Assembly (NCBI GenBank): GCA_017499595.2
Contig: CM039004.1
Coordinates: forward strand, 1,364,001 to 1,428,000
From: Psilocybe cubensis
Taxonomy: Eukaryota
DNA: 64,000 nucleotides
Direction: 5' to 3'
The notes beneath the pieces were generated by a model. It was not told the DNA's origin. It was given only the letters and a program-made list of their open reading frames with translations, and did no database searches. Made by a program: the position numbers and the translations under genes. Below are positions 22,303-39,103 of this stretch, one piece after another. The number at the start of each line of letters is the position of its first letter. Within the stretch, counting starts at the first letter, position 1.

Positions 22303-25300
22303 TCACTTAGGGGTATCAAACTGATTCAAACAGCAAGGTAAGTATGCAGCCAAAAAGTACGGACCACACGAACTTACTTGGAGAGACATCGAAGTTGGCC
22401 ATTCAGAAGGAAGTTGAGTGTTGTCCAAATAGGCATAACATAACTCCTGGCGAGTGTGGTTTTTGAATCTATGAATGCAGCACATCTACTTTAATACATT
22501 CAAAGTATAGCTTGCAGGAAATAACAGTACCTTTGCAGAACACCGGACTGTCCCGGAGCGAGGCGAACATTGTCGAACTCGAAAATTCCACGCAAAATTT
22601 GAGATACAATCTGGCAAAAAAGCGAGGATCAGATACAATGGTACCCTAAACAATCTAAATGAAATACTTTAATGGTGAGGTCTTCCCCAAGATACCTTAA
22701 TTGAAAAAGGAAAGCCAGTCAAAATGATCACCGATGGAATGTGAAAATAAGGTACTTACTTGAACACCCCATCAGGGTACAGCCTGCCTTTTGTTGAGCG
22801 GTTCAAATCGATTGCAGTGGGGTTGCTGAACGCATACTCCTAAGGCGTGGAGCGTTAATGTCAGCGAGGATGATGAAATGGGAATTTTTGAAAATTCTAA
22901 CATCAACGTTGGCTGAAGCAGTGTTCAAAAACACACGGTCACCGTTCTTGAAATTCTGACCGTCAATAACTTGATCCTTGGTGGAGATGCCTGTAAAGTG
23001 TAACAATATATGAATGGGAGGCTATTACAAGAAGTAAGCAGTCAAACTTACGGAAAACACCTCGGAAGGTGGGGTCAAGACCTAAATGTCATTGAGCAGA
23101 TTGAAAAATAAATTTTGATAAAACCACCAACGCAAAGCTTCATAGACATAGCCATGGAAAGGAGTGTCCTTTTCAGCTGCTTTAGCAAGTTTGGAAAGTG
23201 CTGTGGCCTGCTCAGAAGCGACATAGAAATTGACAGTGTTGGTTGCAGCTTACAAGTATGTTAGTGTTGTATGAGGATAGATGCCTGTGGAAACTTACCT
23301 AAGGAAAGCTCAACGCCAGAGACAACCATCAAAGCAAGAATAGTATTGGCAAGTTTGTCAGTGGAATGCCCGAGTTCATATAGGCGTTTGACGATATCAT
23401 TGTATTCCGTCTTTTGCTTTTTGTTGAGAATAGTCGATACTGTACCGACTATGCCCGAAATTGACATCTACAATAAGCATGTGAGTTCCAAATGAGTCAC
23501 AAACTAGAGCAATTAATCATATACCCTTGAACCGACGGCTCCACCTAGCTTTTCCCTGATTAAACCTAACAGTTTATGCACACTGGATTTCACTTTCTCC
23601 TGCAAGACCATGATCTTTGATGCTTCGACGTCTAAGAAGATGAAACTAAATGACAGATAAACAACTGAGTGACAAAAATAAATCAAAAGACTTGCGCATA
23701 AATTTCCCCGAGGGTAGCGTACAGCTCCGCCGCAGTGTATGGTCCATTGTGTTTGGTTGTTCTAAGCTGGATGCCCGCCTTTAAAGGAAGATGAAATGTT
23801 TATCAAACATTCCCCTTTGACAAATAAGAAAATCTTACCAAGTCTGTGGCTACCCAGTAAACAGGCACAGTCGTCAAAACTTGCTTTACTATGTCAATGC
23901 CGGAAGTTTTTCCTCCTACCAAGTTGTAGGAATTTGCATTGATAAGTTTCTTCGTCGACTGATAGAAGTAGTTGCCAATTGCATCGGAAAGATCAGCACC
24001 ACCACATAATGCAGAGATTATTGCCCGTTGTTCTTGCTCGCTCTCGATAGGGAAGAATCTAACCCAATAAACGTCAACTGTGTTCCACCCAGATACAAGA
24101 AATACAGGCAAATTACCCTTTGTTCTGGCGAAGTATGCGATCCACTCTTTGTTTGTAGGGAGTAACGAAGCCTTCTGTGTTGTTGAGAATTGACGATACA
24201 CGGGCGTGTCCTTCAACCGAGATTGTTGTAGACTTAGGCTGAGGGCGGTTTAAATCATATTGACCAACAACGCCCAACTTGGTCAGATTGGTCTTCATAG
24301 ACTCTGGAGTCATAAGAGGGAAGAAAGTATAGATACTGTTTTCTGTGTAGTTGTTTGGAAGTACGCGCAAAAGGAGACGGCCTAAAGTGCTCCCAAATCC
24401 AAAAGCATTGGGATCTCTCTGACAGTCAGCGAAGCCCCATGCTGTGAGATTGTAAGGGGTGAAGTCATGAGTAAAGAATCTGTCTCCACGAGTGAGAGCA
24501 ATAGCGTCACTGAGAATGGCTCTACTGATTGTGTACCCTATATTTTATGAGTACCAGAATCATTTGTTAGACATGGTTAACATACCTGGGCAAAGACCTG
24601 CACCATCTACGAGAGGCTTAGCTTCTTCCGCTTGCAATCCAACATAAAGTTCAAGATATTCAATGTTGCCGTAAAGCTTCTCCGCAGCCTCTGCGATCTC
24701 GGGATTGGAATTCCATTCCAAAAATGTTGAGAATGCTAGAACCATAGTAAGTTAAAAAAAAAATATCATTAACTCCCAACATCGGTACATACGTTTAAGA
24801 CCTAGATACTACGAATTATGTTCAGGTCTGACTGTGAACCTAATGATACGCATAACTTACCTTGCGGAAGTCGTTTAAGGAACAGACACCCCATTTACGA
24901 TTTTGTTCAATACCCATGACTTCGTTGAGCCGCATGATGGCTGTTCCGTAAAGAGGATGTCAATGACGTCCACTTGAATTAGATACGACTCACATGGCGT
25001 TCCACGAGCTCTGAAGGCACCGGCAGGGTGCTCTGTGGCGTTTTGCAAAACATTGGCGAGATCATCGTCGCTGAAAGAACCATCTGCTTTCCGTTGCAAG
25101 CTGTATAGCACATCAGAACTTTTGCAAGTAAAAGATATTAGTATGGATAGTGTACCCTCCAAATGTCCAGTGAGTAATATCTGGCTGCATTCTTTGCGCT
25201 CGCATCGCAGCTGTCTTGAAATCGTCAACAGTGACTTCATCTGACGGCTTTCCCTCAAAAAGCTGGTCGAAAATTTTGGAGGTCCATTGTTCGTCTTCTT

Positions 25301-27179
25301 GACTAGTCGTTGCATGCCAACGATATAAACAATTGAACTACAAGTTCAAATAAACTATAATTGAGAGAATCATGGTAGTAGAACCCTGAAGGCACGCACC
25401 TCCACACTGCACTGATTACCTTTCCCTCTTTCAAAACATGAATGATCATCAAGCCTGATTTCCTGTGAGAGTGTTTGAAGTTGAATACTGCTTCCACCCA
25501 GAAAAGATAAAACACACGTCAAATGGCGTCAAGCTCCAGCTACTCCCATCTCTCACGAGGCCAAGAATGGTGGAGAAGTAGTCAGAGAACACAACTAGGA
25601 TAAAGGTAAGAAATGGGCGTAGAAGTTTATCAGAAGCTGCATACTCATTCCGAACCATCCGCAGTTTATGAGGCGAGCAATTTGGAATATTTCTTCTTCT
25701 TGTGCCAGAATTTTTGCCTTTGATGCTGGGTCATCCATCGAGACCGTGGCGGGATCCACATAGGTTCCTCGCTCATTAATTTCCAAGAGCTTGGCAGCGA
25801 TGTACTAACAAGAAGTAAGCATCAAACGTCTGAAGACACTGGGCAGAGGCTTACGTTATGGTTGCGATTGAATAGGACCAACAGCACACAAACAGCAGGT
25901 GGGAGAAGCAACAACCTGTCCTCGGCGAAGACATCAGGATACAAAGTACCATATCCATCACGCTTTCGGATGCGATCCTGATCTTTCTGACTGTTCCCAT
26001 ATAAAGGGGCAAGATCAACATAAGAAGAGGTTTCGTTGATATTCCAGTCCCGATGCGACGTGCGAAACACGCTGTAGTTGTAATGGCTTTTACTGATATG
26101 GAAATAGACTGACTGAGGCATCCACGTACCTGTGAATAACAAGAGCCGCAAAGGAAAACATTAAAGAAGATAATCCACCTGGATGCTTCACAAACTGGGG
26201 AAGTTTAAAGTAAATAAAAATGAATAATTATCCAAATAACCTTCCTCACCCCTTCTCTTCTAAGAAGACTGGACGAAAAGAATAATAATCATTAGATTTA
26301 TTAGATAACAGAATCAGCACCACATACGTGTCAAAAATCAATCCCGCATCAGGAAGTTGATTTCGGGGCAACGGATGGCTTTGTTGGACAGAGCGCGAAT
26401 ATGGTGTACCTGCCTGCAAAGGATACATCAAGATAATTTCCGTAGGAAAGAAAACCAGGAGTACCTTTCCCAAATCAGGAATATCGATATTGTTGTATGA
26501 ACCATCAGCGGTACGCCAGGCGTATTTGTTACTTATGCTTGTAGCAGGCGGGTGGCTCAGGTCATTGTACACTGTACAGCATCAAATCAATTGTTCCATA
26601 AATTTCAAGGGTGGCAAAACAGTACTGACATAATTGAACAATTTTATCCTTCAGAGTACGAGCCAGTGTGCCGTCCTCAAGTTTCGAAACGAATGAAAGC
26701 GCATGTTCAAGCTATACACAGTTAGCAACTGAACATCAATGAACAGACGAGATGAGCTCACCAGAAGCTTTCTGTCGTCAAGAGCCTCTTTATGCCGGAC
26801 CAGATCAATGATCGCAGACTGACGCGGAGATAGGTCAGAATGCAGGGTAGAGCTTGCGTCAATGAACTCACCACAGTGGTTGTATTGAGATTGACGGGCA
26901 ACCCTTTCTTGATCTTAGCGATTTGTTAAGTTACTTTACGTGTCAACTAATCGCAGACACTGTTATTTTACCTGCTCGCGTATCTCCTTCAGAACCTTTG
27001 GCGCGTTTACGCTATTAGGAGCTTGGAAATCTTTGTCGATAGCTGCTGCGCCATTGGACTTGGCAGCCGAACCGTTAGCCTACAAAGATGTCTGGACAAT
27101 TGGATGGGATTAAAAATGAATATGCGCGTACGGTATTGGTGCTCGACATGCGAAATACAGAACTGCGTTTGCTGGCCAT
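22303..27179 (-). CDS. Ppo/linoleate dioxygenase: heme peroxidase fused to a P450-like domain
   Basis: WRTADGSYNN, GTPYSRSVQ, NETSSYVDLAPLYG, FNRNHN, EEIFQIARLINCG, EKLYGNIEYLELYVGLQAEEAKP, ILSDAIALTRGDRF, then a C-terminal P450-like region. Many short introns; ATG at about 27179. Confidence 0.9.
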
Positions 27180-27874
27180 GGTTGAGGTTAAGGGGTGCAA
27201 GCTAGACAGTGAGAATGGCTAGTCCATTTATACGTTTTCACGTCCCAAGTCGGATACCGAACTATAATGACAGGCTGAATGAAGTCTATCTTTAATACCC
27301 ACCCTATGGGGAACAAGTGATCCACTGCCAAAGCACTTAAGGCGAATAAGCCCCGCGATGCAGCCTATTGCTACGATCCCTGTCCGTCTCCCGACGACAG
27401 CAATGCGTTTTTCATTTGGAAGCTCTCGCTGCCGGATACAATATGTAAAAATTGATTGTTCGGCTTCCCAAGTTACTAATTCGTCAAAAAGTCGAAGTGG
27501 TGGTTGTTAAAAGCCCATCAGGACTTTAGTAATGGAATGAGTCCGGGAAGAAACTAGAAGCCGTAGGTATCTCGTGCATCAATGCCAGTGGTACAAATCA
27601 AACATAGAAAACAGGAAAGAGCAACACGACTTACTCCGGAGTCCGTAATCTTGCGTGGGAAGGTGCTGGGTGTCATCTCGCTTGATATGTCGCATTGACA
27701 GACCAAAATGAACGTACCAGCATGATTTATACAGGCTGCTGTGTCAATTAACCAAAGAATAAAAATAACAGAGTGTCCGGGATTTGAAAAATTACAGAAT
27801 AAACATTTGGTTCAGCAAACCTGGTATTCATACATATCTAGGTATAGTGAAATCCTCCAGTGCCTATGTTGGAC

Positions 27875-28986
27875 CTAGGCAGAGACTGTTCCTGCTTGCG
27901 GCGGAACGGTAAAGTTTGATGCATATTGATCGAACATATCCGCCTTTTGGTTAACGTCCGCCACAAGAGGGTGCGAGGGATGTTCAGAAGCCAATTTCCT
28001 GCAATTCATTAATTGAATATGGAAGACGGATTGAAAGAGAGAATACATACGCCCATATGTCATCAGCCTCTGATCGTTTTGAAGATCCTAAGCCAGTTGC
28101 GACTGCATAAGCAGCTTCAGCCTCTGCATCCCCCTTCTGTTGGTGAAGGGATTCTTCCAAATCAGATTTGGCTTCTTGAATTTCGCCCCGAAGTATACGC
28201 GTAACTCCTCTTGCCGTCAATAAATGAGGAGAGGTTAAGGAAGGGTTACCGAGTTGTTCTGTGTAGAAAGAACTTGTGTTAGAGTAATTGTCCTTGCCAG
28301 TTGCAAGGCCGACTGTCGATTCAATGAGTTGCAATAGGAGGTCATCCTCTGCCCAACGTTTGGAACGGTCGAACTGCTTTTTGGCTAGATCGGGTCGATT
28401 GATAGAGAGGTATATTTGGACTATCAGAGCGACCCTATTAAACATGATTGACATAGTTTAGTTGCAATGCCTATAGAGCAGATGCGAGACTTACGCTTCA
28501 AGATCTTCTGTTTCAGAGCCCAGTGTTTCCAAAGCTTCTTCTATCTCGCCAGCACGCGCAAACGCCGTGCCTGCGAGAACTCTGACTAATGCTTTGTCTT
28601 TTTCACTACCTTCCACATCATCGCCCTCAATTTCGACAGACAGATCCCGGAGCTCTTCGAGGGTTGATTCCACATCGCTGGATCCTTCTGCTATGACATA
28701 ACGCGCCAGGGATGCGACAGCCTTAACAGCAACGTTTTCAGCATTTTCGGGAATTAGATTCAAAGCAGACTTTGGCTCGTTGAGGGCAATGTATGAGCGC
28801 GCTTTATAGATTAACGCAGGTATGTAGTTAGGAGAAGATTCATCCGGTAGGTCTTGATTCACTAAGGCCTGAAATGCGCCTATAGAAAGCAATGTAAGTA
28901 TTGTGGGTATAAAGGACTGATTAGATATGAAAGTCTTTACTCAGAGTGAATTGTTGTTTCACGTTGTACAAATCTGATGAATCCAT
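27875..28986 (-). CDS. SEC28: Coatomer (COPI) epsilon subunit
   Basis: MDSSDLYNVKQQFTLGAFQAL..., VQIYLSINRPDLAKK...WAEDDLLLQLIE and HPLVADVNQKADMFD fit the TPR-like epsilon-COP pattern. Confidence 0.88.
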
Positions 28987-29257
28987 GACGAAGGACGCGA
29001 GAGCCAAACTGTGTAAATGAACGTGGCCAGTGATAAATTACGTAATTTACTATTAATACTATTAATAATATGACAAAGAACACTATAGATATTCAGAAAA
29101 TATCAGGGGCACTAGTTTGCAGCTTGAACTCAAACACCTCGCGACACTTAAGCGCCAGGCTCATTGATCTGTATACGTTCGTTACTTTGTAAACCTACTA
29201 CCTCCAATAGCTCACTAACAAACTATATTTCTTCTTATCTCAGCAAAGCTGCCGACA

Positions 29258-31021
29258 ATGGACTATCAAGCTGCGTATGCTGTCGTCAATGACGATATGA
29301 GTGCGACAGAGGCGTTCAGAATTATCGACGCCGAAGTCACCAAACATAAAAATTTTATCTTATCTTTGCGGACCCGAAGGAATACATTTTCGCCGATTTC
29401 AAGGCTACCTCCTGAATTGCTCAGTCGAATCTTTGGGTTTTTGAGTCAAGACTCACCACTCTATGGCACCACAGTGCTATCCTGGATCAGAGTCAGTTAC
29501 GTATGTCGCACATGGCGTAGTGTTGCCTTGAACCATCCTTCACTTTGGTCTACCCTTCCTCTTGGATACTGTCGATGGACGAAAGAAATGCTAAATCGTT
29601 CAAAAATGGCGAGTTTAACTGTAAAGTGCGATTTTAGCGCAGCCGGGTCATACAGTCGAAAGCTTCGGGAGTCGACCACACTGGCCCTTGCGCAATCGTC
29701 ACGTATATCCAACCTTTCATTAACAAATGCCGATCATCCCACCATGCAAAAATTTCTTTCAGAAATGCCCAAGTTAACGCCCAGATTAGAGTCTATTCGG
29801 CTCACCGTTATGCGGAAGTCAATCGATCCTGCATTGGAGCCAGGATGTGAACTTCCCCTCGAATTTCTTTCCTCGGCTGATTACTTGCGTAGAATCGAAT
29901 TGACGAGATTTATTATCAATTGGGAATCGTTGGTTTCACAAAACCTCACTCATGTCAAAATTCACGACGTCCCTCCATCTGCCCGACCGACCGTAACCAT
30001 ACTGTGGAAAGCTTTGCAGAAAATGCCTTTGCTCGAATTGTTGGAGTTATCCAATGTCCTGACAGATGGTGATACTGATACTTTATTGTTTTCTGATGTA
30101 TCCTCTATCCATTTGCCACACCTCAGAATCTTATCCCTTGTCGCCACGACACCACAAGTCAGCAATATTTTGCGCTACTTGTCATTTCCACAAACAGCAC
30201 ATATTCATATTGATTGCAAAGGCACCCATACCACGAAGTTTGACTTCTCTGATATCACATCCTGGGCATCGACCTTCCTAGCTGCACCTAAGAAAGCCCG
30301 TGGACCGATGATACGCACCTTCGAGGTCCGATCCTCCTATCCCACACCCGGCCTTAGGTTTCGTGCGTTCTCAGAGGTACTCTCCGACAGTGATTTCACG
30401 AAATCTGGACTGGATCCGATCTTCAACTTAACATTAACTTCTGGGTTCATCACCGACATATCTGTCGCAGAAATAGACAAAATGTTAGTCGACGTTTTTA
30501 TTGCAATGCCACTACACGGAACCGTTGCGTTGCGCTTGGACCAAAACTACCACTCGATGTCTTCAAGCGCGTTAACAAACACTTTTGGCACCCTTAACCA
30601 GCTGCGATCTGTGACTGCGTCCGGTATTGTAACAGAGTTCCTTGTGAAGGCACTAGGGGACATTTTACCGAACCGACGGTCTACCAGATCCCACCATGCA
30701 CAGGCGACGTTTCCGGCATTGCGGTCGGTATCATTGTGCAATGTCGATCTGGAATTCGAAGTTCCACTAAAGTCTTTGGAAGACGCTCTTAAGGCGAGGA
30801 AGAAACGTGGAGTGGAGGTTCGAGAACTCAAGCTGGAGATGTGTAGTCGAATCACCCAGGTTGATGTCTCTGGACTGCAACGTATTGTGCCAGCGGTCAA
30901 GTGGGATGAAAATGAACTTGGATTCACTGACGAAGAGGAAGAGGAAGATTACTATTATGATGAGTACGCGTATGAATTTGATATCTATGACTCGGATGGG
31001 TATGACTTCTTTCCTTTTTAA
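29258..31021 (+). CDS. F-box protein (agaricomycete type, LRR-like C-terminus, acidic tail), intronless
   Basis: RRNTFSPISRLPPELLSRIF...WIRVSYVCRTWRSVALNHPSLWS F-box; 587-aa uninterrupted ORF; D/E/Y-rich tail. Confidence 0.88.
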   Translation: MDYQAAYAVVNDDMSATEAFRIIDAEVTKHKNFILSLRTRRNTFSPISRLPPELLSRIFGFLSQDSPLYGTTVLSWIRVSYVCRTWRSVALNHPSLWSTLPLGYCRWTKEMLNRSKMASLTVKCDFSAAGSYSRKLRESTTLALAQSSRISNLSLTNADHPTMQKFLSEMPKLTPRLESIRLTVMRKSIDPALEPGCELPLEFLSSADYLRRIELTRFIINWESLVSQNLTHVKIHDVPPSARPTVTILWKALQKMPLLELLELSNVLTDGDTDTLLFSDVSSIHLPHLRILSLVATTPQVSNILRYLSFPQTAHIHIDCKGTHTTKFDFSDITSWASTFLAAPKKARGPMIRTFEVRSSYPTPGLRFRAFSEVLSDSDFTKSGLDPIFNLTLTSGFITDISVAEIDKMLVDVFIAMPLHGTVALRLDQNYHSMSSSALTNTFGTLNQLRSVTASGIVTEFLVKALGDILPNRRSTRSHHAQATFPALRSVSLCNVDLEFEVPLKSLEDALKARKKRGVEVRELKLEMCSRITQVDVSGLQRIVPAVKWDENELGFTDEEEEEDYYYDEYAYEFDIYDSDGYDFFPF

Positions 31022-31278
31022 AGAGGAGGCTCACATCTCTGCAATGGAATCTTTTCACTATCAATGTCCTGTATATATTTTATGCACACATAATGAAACT
31101 CCGGGTTCGCCTTGTGATACATCGCTGGAAATTGGTGGAAAGTACCGTATGCGGAGATGACCAAAAGTCATTCCTCGAAGTCGACGGGTACCCGTGGTGC
31201 TCGTGGGTAAATTGGTTTGACCCGACATGTCTTTCTTAAACCTCCATCTTCACGACCATCTTTTGTTAGGCATCAATT

Positions 31279-33127
31279 ATGACAGACCTGGCTTCAACAT
31301 CTGGTAATTTATTTCGTTGGCGTTTGTTCATACGATGGCTTAACTGTGTGATTGCTAGTGAGCCCTTTTGTATCAGTGACTTTATCTTCAACTAGCGACC
31401 AAAACTCGACGGATAACGCGGTTCAAGCTATTGATCGAGAAATTCGAGAATTGAAGACCCGTCGAAACGATTTGATTCCCATTGCGAAGCTCCCACCTGA
31501 GGTTCTCAGTAGGGTTTTCCACATTGTCCGACAAGATTCTCGGTTTACCCAATGGGTCAAATTAAGTTTTGTCTGTCGCCGGTGGCGAGGAGTAGCTCTG
31601 GATACCCCTTCCTTCTGGGACAGCCCTCCGCTCCTTTCCCCTCATTGGACTGAAGAATGTTTGTCTAGGTCCAAAATGTCGAACCTCACTCTCAACTTTC
31701 CATATCATAAGCCTGCGTCCAACCAGCGCATCGCTTCACTGTCGAAGATACTTCGACAGCATTCAAGCCGAATACGTGAGATCAATTTCGCATTGACCCA
31801 TGGATCTTGCGAAATAGGAAATATCCTATCGCTTTTACCAAAATCTCTACCTTGCCTCGAATCATTTTCTCTGGAAGTAAACTTGCTAACACGCGCTTAT
31901 CACCCACAATACAACCCTCTTGTGCCGCTACAAGTTCCAGACGACTCTCTTCACGAAATGGAACGTATACGTAGCTTGAAAATGATAGGCGTTGGTTTCA
32001 ATTGGAAAGCACATCTTCCCAATACACTCACCGAACTGAAGCTTAGCGATATCCCGCACAGTTGCCTACCCACTCTGACACAATTTTGGAATGCCATGAA
32101 GAATATGCCACTATTACACAGCCTGTCTCTGAAGGATGCTTTTCCTGAGCATCCAGGAGGGACACTTCTCACCGAAAAAATCAACTTTCATCATCTACAA
32201 AATTTATCCATATCGGCTTCATCTATGAAACAAATTGAAATGTTCTTAGCAGGCGTTTCTTTTCCACCTACGATTGTTTTGAATATTGCTTGCTGTGAAC
32301 AAGCAAACTTACTGAATCTTTCTACTCACCATGAATTATTTTCGACCATGGCATATGTAGTTGAAGGGAACACAAGACCACTACAGCTGGACGTAACTCT
32401 TCCACTTCTATCGACAGGCAGATTTGGCTTAAAAATTGATGTATATAGCGACTCTGTTCTCGAGCTCCACAAATTGGAATTTCACAGAGAACCCCTCGAG
32501 TATCCTGTTTTGTCATTCTCCACTGGAGGAAACAGCAACTGGTCACTACTGGATGATTATGATCAAGCATTAACTGAGCTTTTCAATGCTTTGCCTCTGG
32601 AAGAAACTATTCAACTGCGCATTCGGGATAGTACTAGGACCGATCCTTTATCACCCCAAACAATCCTACAAACCTTTGGGTGTTTACCCAGGCTAGAGGC
32701 ATTGGCTCTCAGGCCGACGCCCAATTATTTATCGGCGCTGAAAACCACGTTACCTGTGATACCTTCTGAACCACAACGACCGAGTTCTGCGATATCCTTT
32801 CCCAGTCTCCACTCAATCACCGTTGTCGACACCGACTTCGATTTGAATAAATACGATATGGACACTTCAATCTCTACAAAACGTTTATTAGATTGCCTTA
32901 CGTGGAGGTGTGAGAACGATGCAAAACTGCAGAATGTCAGGTTCAGATTATGCACAAGACTCTCAAAAAAAGTTATAAACACCGTTAGTGTTGTTGTTGG
33001 AAACGTTGATTGGGATGAAGCGGAGAAAGGCTTCGTCAATGAAGAACAAGAAACCGATGAAGAGGTGTCTTCAACACCTTGTTATGATGATTACGATGAT
33101 TATACTTTTTATCACGATTCGGAATGA
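31279..33127 (+). CDS. F-box protein, tandem paralogue of the 29258 gene
   Basis: RRNDLIPIAKLPPEVLSRVF...WVKLSFVCRRWRGVALDTPSFW. Short first exon MTDLASTS then an intron at about 31304-31358; acidic tail. Confidence 0.88.
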
Positions 33128-33839
33128 TGTCAGGGGAACCCATATAAGATTGTTACTGGTTTTGCTCATTACAAGCTCATGGACTGAATCTACACTTGTT
33201 CATTTGAACTTGAATTGCACTGCAATTAACAAATGAAAAAGGTCAAGTTTAATTGGACCTCCTGCATACCAGTGGCACCTAGTCGCACAAATCACATACA
33301 TTCCCTTATCCAACTGGCAATTTTGTTGATTTCGAACTTACACATACTAGTATATGAATTACTTCTTCTAAATAATAATTCTCGTTTGGCTGACAATGAT
33401 GTGTTCGTAAGATAGGGTAGAAATTGTCCAGAAGGAGCTGACGTGTGCATGAACATCAAACATCGAGATAATATAAAAAAAGAAAGGGTAATAAGAAAAT
33501 AGGAAACAAAAAGGTATTACACCGTTCTTGATGAAGAAAAAATTGAACGGAATTCCCAACAAAAAAAAGTAAAACAAAACCGAAAAGATAACAACGCTGA
33601 AAAATCAAAAGGGGGTAACGGGCGGGAAAAATGATATGGGGTTGGAGAATAAAGAAAGGGGGAAAAAGAAACGTGAAGATAGGTATTTTTAAAAGAATTT
33701 CATCACAGCCAGATATCTTAAAACTAACACAAAACAACAAGAACAAAATAGATGTAGGATACAAATGAAGTTGGATGAAAAAAGTGGAGTGCGTGGGATG
33801 ACATAGGACAAATAGATGCAGGCGATGGCGAGAAAGGGA

Positions 33840-36587
<2,748 letters not shown>

Positions 36588-39103
36588 GTCCTGCGATCAG
36601 AACCAGATGAGGAAAATAGACGGGTGAAGTTCTTATGGGGAAGTGACTGGCGACGTTGACGCGGACCTATACACAACGAGCTGCCGATGAAGGGAAGGGG
36701 AAGAACAGGGAGGATTGAACGATTCGAGAGATTGCAGGCGGATGATTTGTGACAAACAATCTCTGATCTAGCGAATGAGGAGCCTGCGAACAGTTGAGAT
36801 GGTGGTTGTCACGGATATCAATGTTGACAACGGGAAAAGTCGACAAAATATATACCGCGAACGACGGCGACAACGACGACGAGCAATGGTTGGGCGCGGT
36901 AGGGGAATAGAAGAAGATGAGAGAAGGAAAGGAAGAGTCAACTTATTATCAGCTCTACTCCAGAGCTAATGCCACTTGAGCTAGGACCTTTGCAAATTTG
37001 CTAACCCCTGATATCTACATTTGAAGCAGCTGCTCACGTGTTATCATTTTATCATTTGATTTCATTTAGCCCTTTCGGCCTTTCGGACCAACCAGGCTGT
37101 ATTACGTAAATAATGATGCACCGCCTTTGAGGTGATCTCTGTCCAACTTGATTATCGTTCGTCAGAAACTAAGGCAGGAAACCATCAGACGAGCTGTAGC
37201 ACCAGCTCCTGAGCATTGCTCGCTGCCTTCGTCTTTCTCGTTTCTCGTGCTGTGCTCGGGGTGGCTTAACTGGTCACTTCTCCAGTCGAAGACCAACTCG
37301 TCTCGCATGTCGGCTTCTCGCGCAATCACAGCCTTGCTAATTTTGTTAACCTCTCAACCGACTCTCACTTGCGCTTCGTCCAGTGACTCCTTAACGACTG
37401 TATTTATATACACTTTCTACTATATATGTACTTTGCTCCTAAACCGCCCCCTTAATTGTAGTGTATATTACGCGCTAGTCCACTAATAAGGACGTCAGTA
37501 CTTTGCACGTACTTGTACCATCCGTTGCACCAGACTGTACCGACAACGGGTGAAAATCTTTTAAAGAAAGCGACTGTGCGGCGTCACTTTTTTAAAAAGA
37601 TTATCGGTCAGTTTTCCCTTCTGACTATCAGGCTGGCCTTGTTTGGTCATTGGTAAAGTATTCCTCTGTGAGTTGGTCGCTTAAAATCTGCCCCCTGTTT
37701 TCTTTCTGTTAGTGTTTATTGTTCTAGCTTCCACAAACCTCCGGAGTTTGATTACAGCTTGGTCTGAGCCCTACTGTGGAAGGTGGAGTCATGCTCCATG
37801 GTATAGTAGCATATTGCAACATCAGGTCACTTAGGGCCCATAATCATCTCCTTTTACAGGTTCAATATTTCATATGACGTTTTTATTGTCACGCACTAGT
37901 GGGCTGCATTCGTGTCTCACCCAGGCCACATTATAAAGGCAGGGGTGTTATATTTTCCAAATGGCCTTAACGTTCACGACTATTTTACGACTACATTAAC
38001 GACCCATTTGCTCATTGTTCTAATATTACACTGCCGAAGCAACATTGCCCATTAACCTTGATTCGTAACTTGTCCACCTCAACGAATTTTATCGGCTCGA
38101 TTGGACAGTTAGACTAGGTGTCTAATGCCACAGTCACAAAAAAACTCCAATTCCAATACCAACACTATACCCACACCTTGGAAAGAGAAGTATTGTGGGC
38201 ACATGGAGGGGGAACATAACCTTCAATTGCGTCAAACGACATTTCCCCCACACGACGACGCCTACGACAAAATCTCATCCACCTTAACACACAATACCCC
38301 ATCTAATGTTTCTAACCGCACCATTCACCGAAAGCAGCGCTCGTACGACCTCCGTGACGACTTCCTCCAAACCGCGCTTCCAGCCACTCGTGCCCATCAC
38401 AATGCCACTAACTTCAATTCCATTTCCGGCGGGAGAAGTCGTCGACAAAATCACATAGGCCGGCCCGATGCGCGACGCCTTTCTATTAACAACGAGTCTT
38501 CTGGCCGGCCTGCGTCCTGGCCAGAGAAGATACAGATATGTAAAAGCACGATTATAGCCCACTCAATCACATCATAATTTATAGAGGGTCAATGTACCTT
38601 TCGATTTTACTTCATTTTCGGAGCTCGATGAACCTTTTAGGTGATTACGATATGCATTGAAATTATGAACGGTTTTTGCGTTTATTGATTAGTACATCTG
38701 GTAGCAGTCGCGCCCACATTTACAAACATTAGTAAATAACTTAACAACATTTATTTAACTCAAACTTGGCTCCATAGACAAAAATAAGGAGTAACCAAAC
38801 TTCTACTTGTTTCTTCCATCCTTTTTTGTCCATCCGTCATACTGATTCAATCATTGTCCGGTCCATTGTAGATTATATGCGTACATATCTATACAATTCT
38901 TTCTAATATACACTAAGCAACTAATACATTGTCTCCATTCGAATGTGAAAGCAAATATTATAGCGATACACTTATGATTGGTATACATAGGTTAGAGCGA
39001 GAGGCATGAGAAGTGACGTGTTAATTCGTAACGAATCATGGATGAGTGTTCACAGATAGAGATTCGCCTGAGAGTAGTGCAGAATGGTGACATAACATAC
39101 TTA

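Noticed and set aside
33368-33764. Hydrophobic Phe-rich ORFs resembling membrane proteins (also 59894-60660)
   Set aside because: Translations of T-rich 3' UTR sequence of STE20 and of the scaffold gene.
37148-38577. ORFs 37148-37486, 38125-38577 and 38284-38562 between STE20 and TEL1
   Set aside because: No recognisable domain or convincing splice structure. 38125-38577 could be a small orphan gene but cannot be supported from sequence alone.
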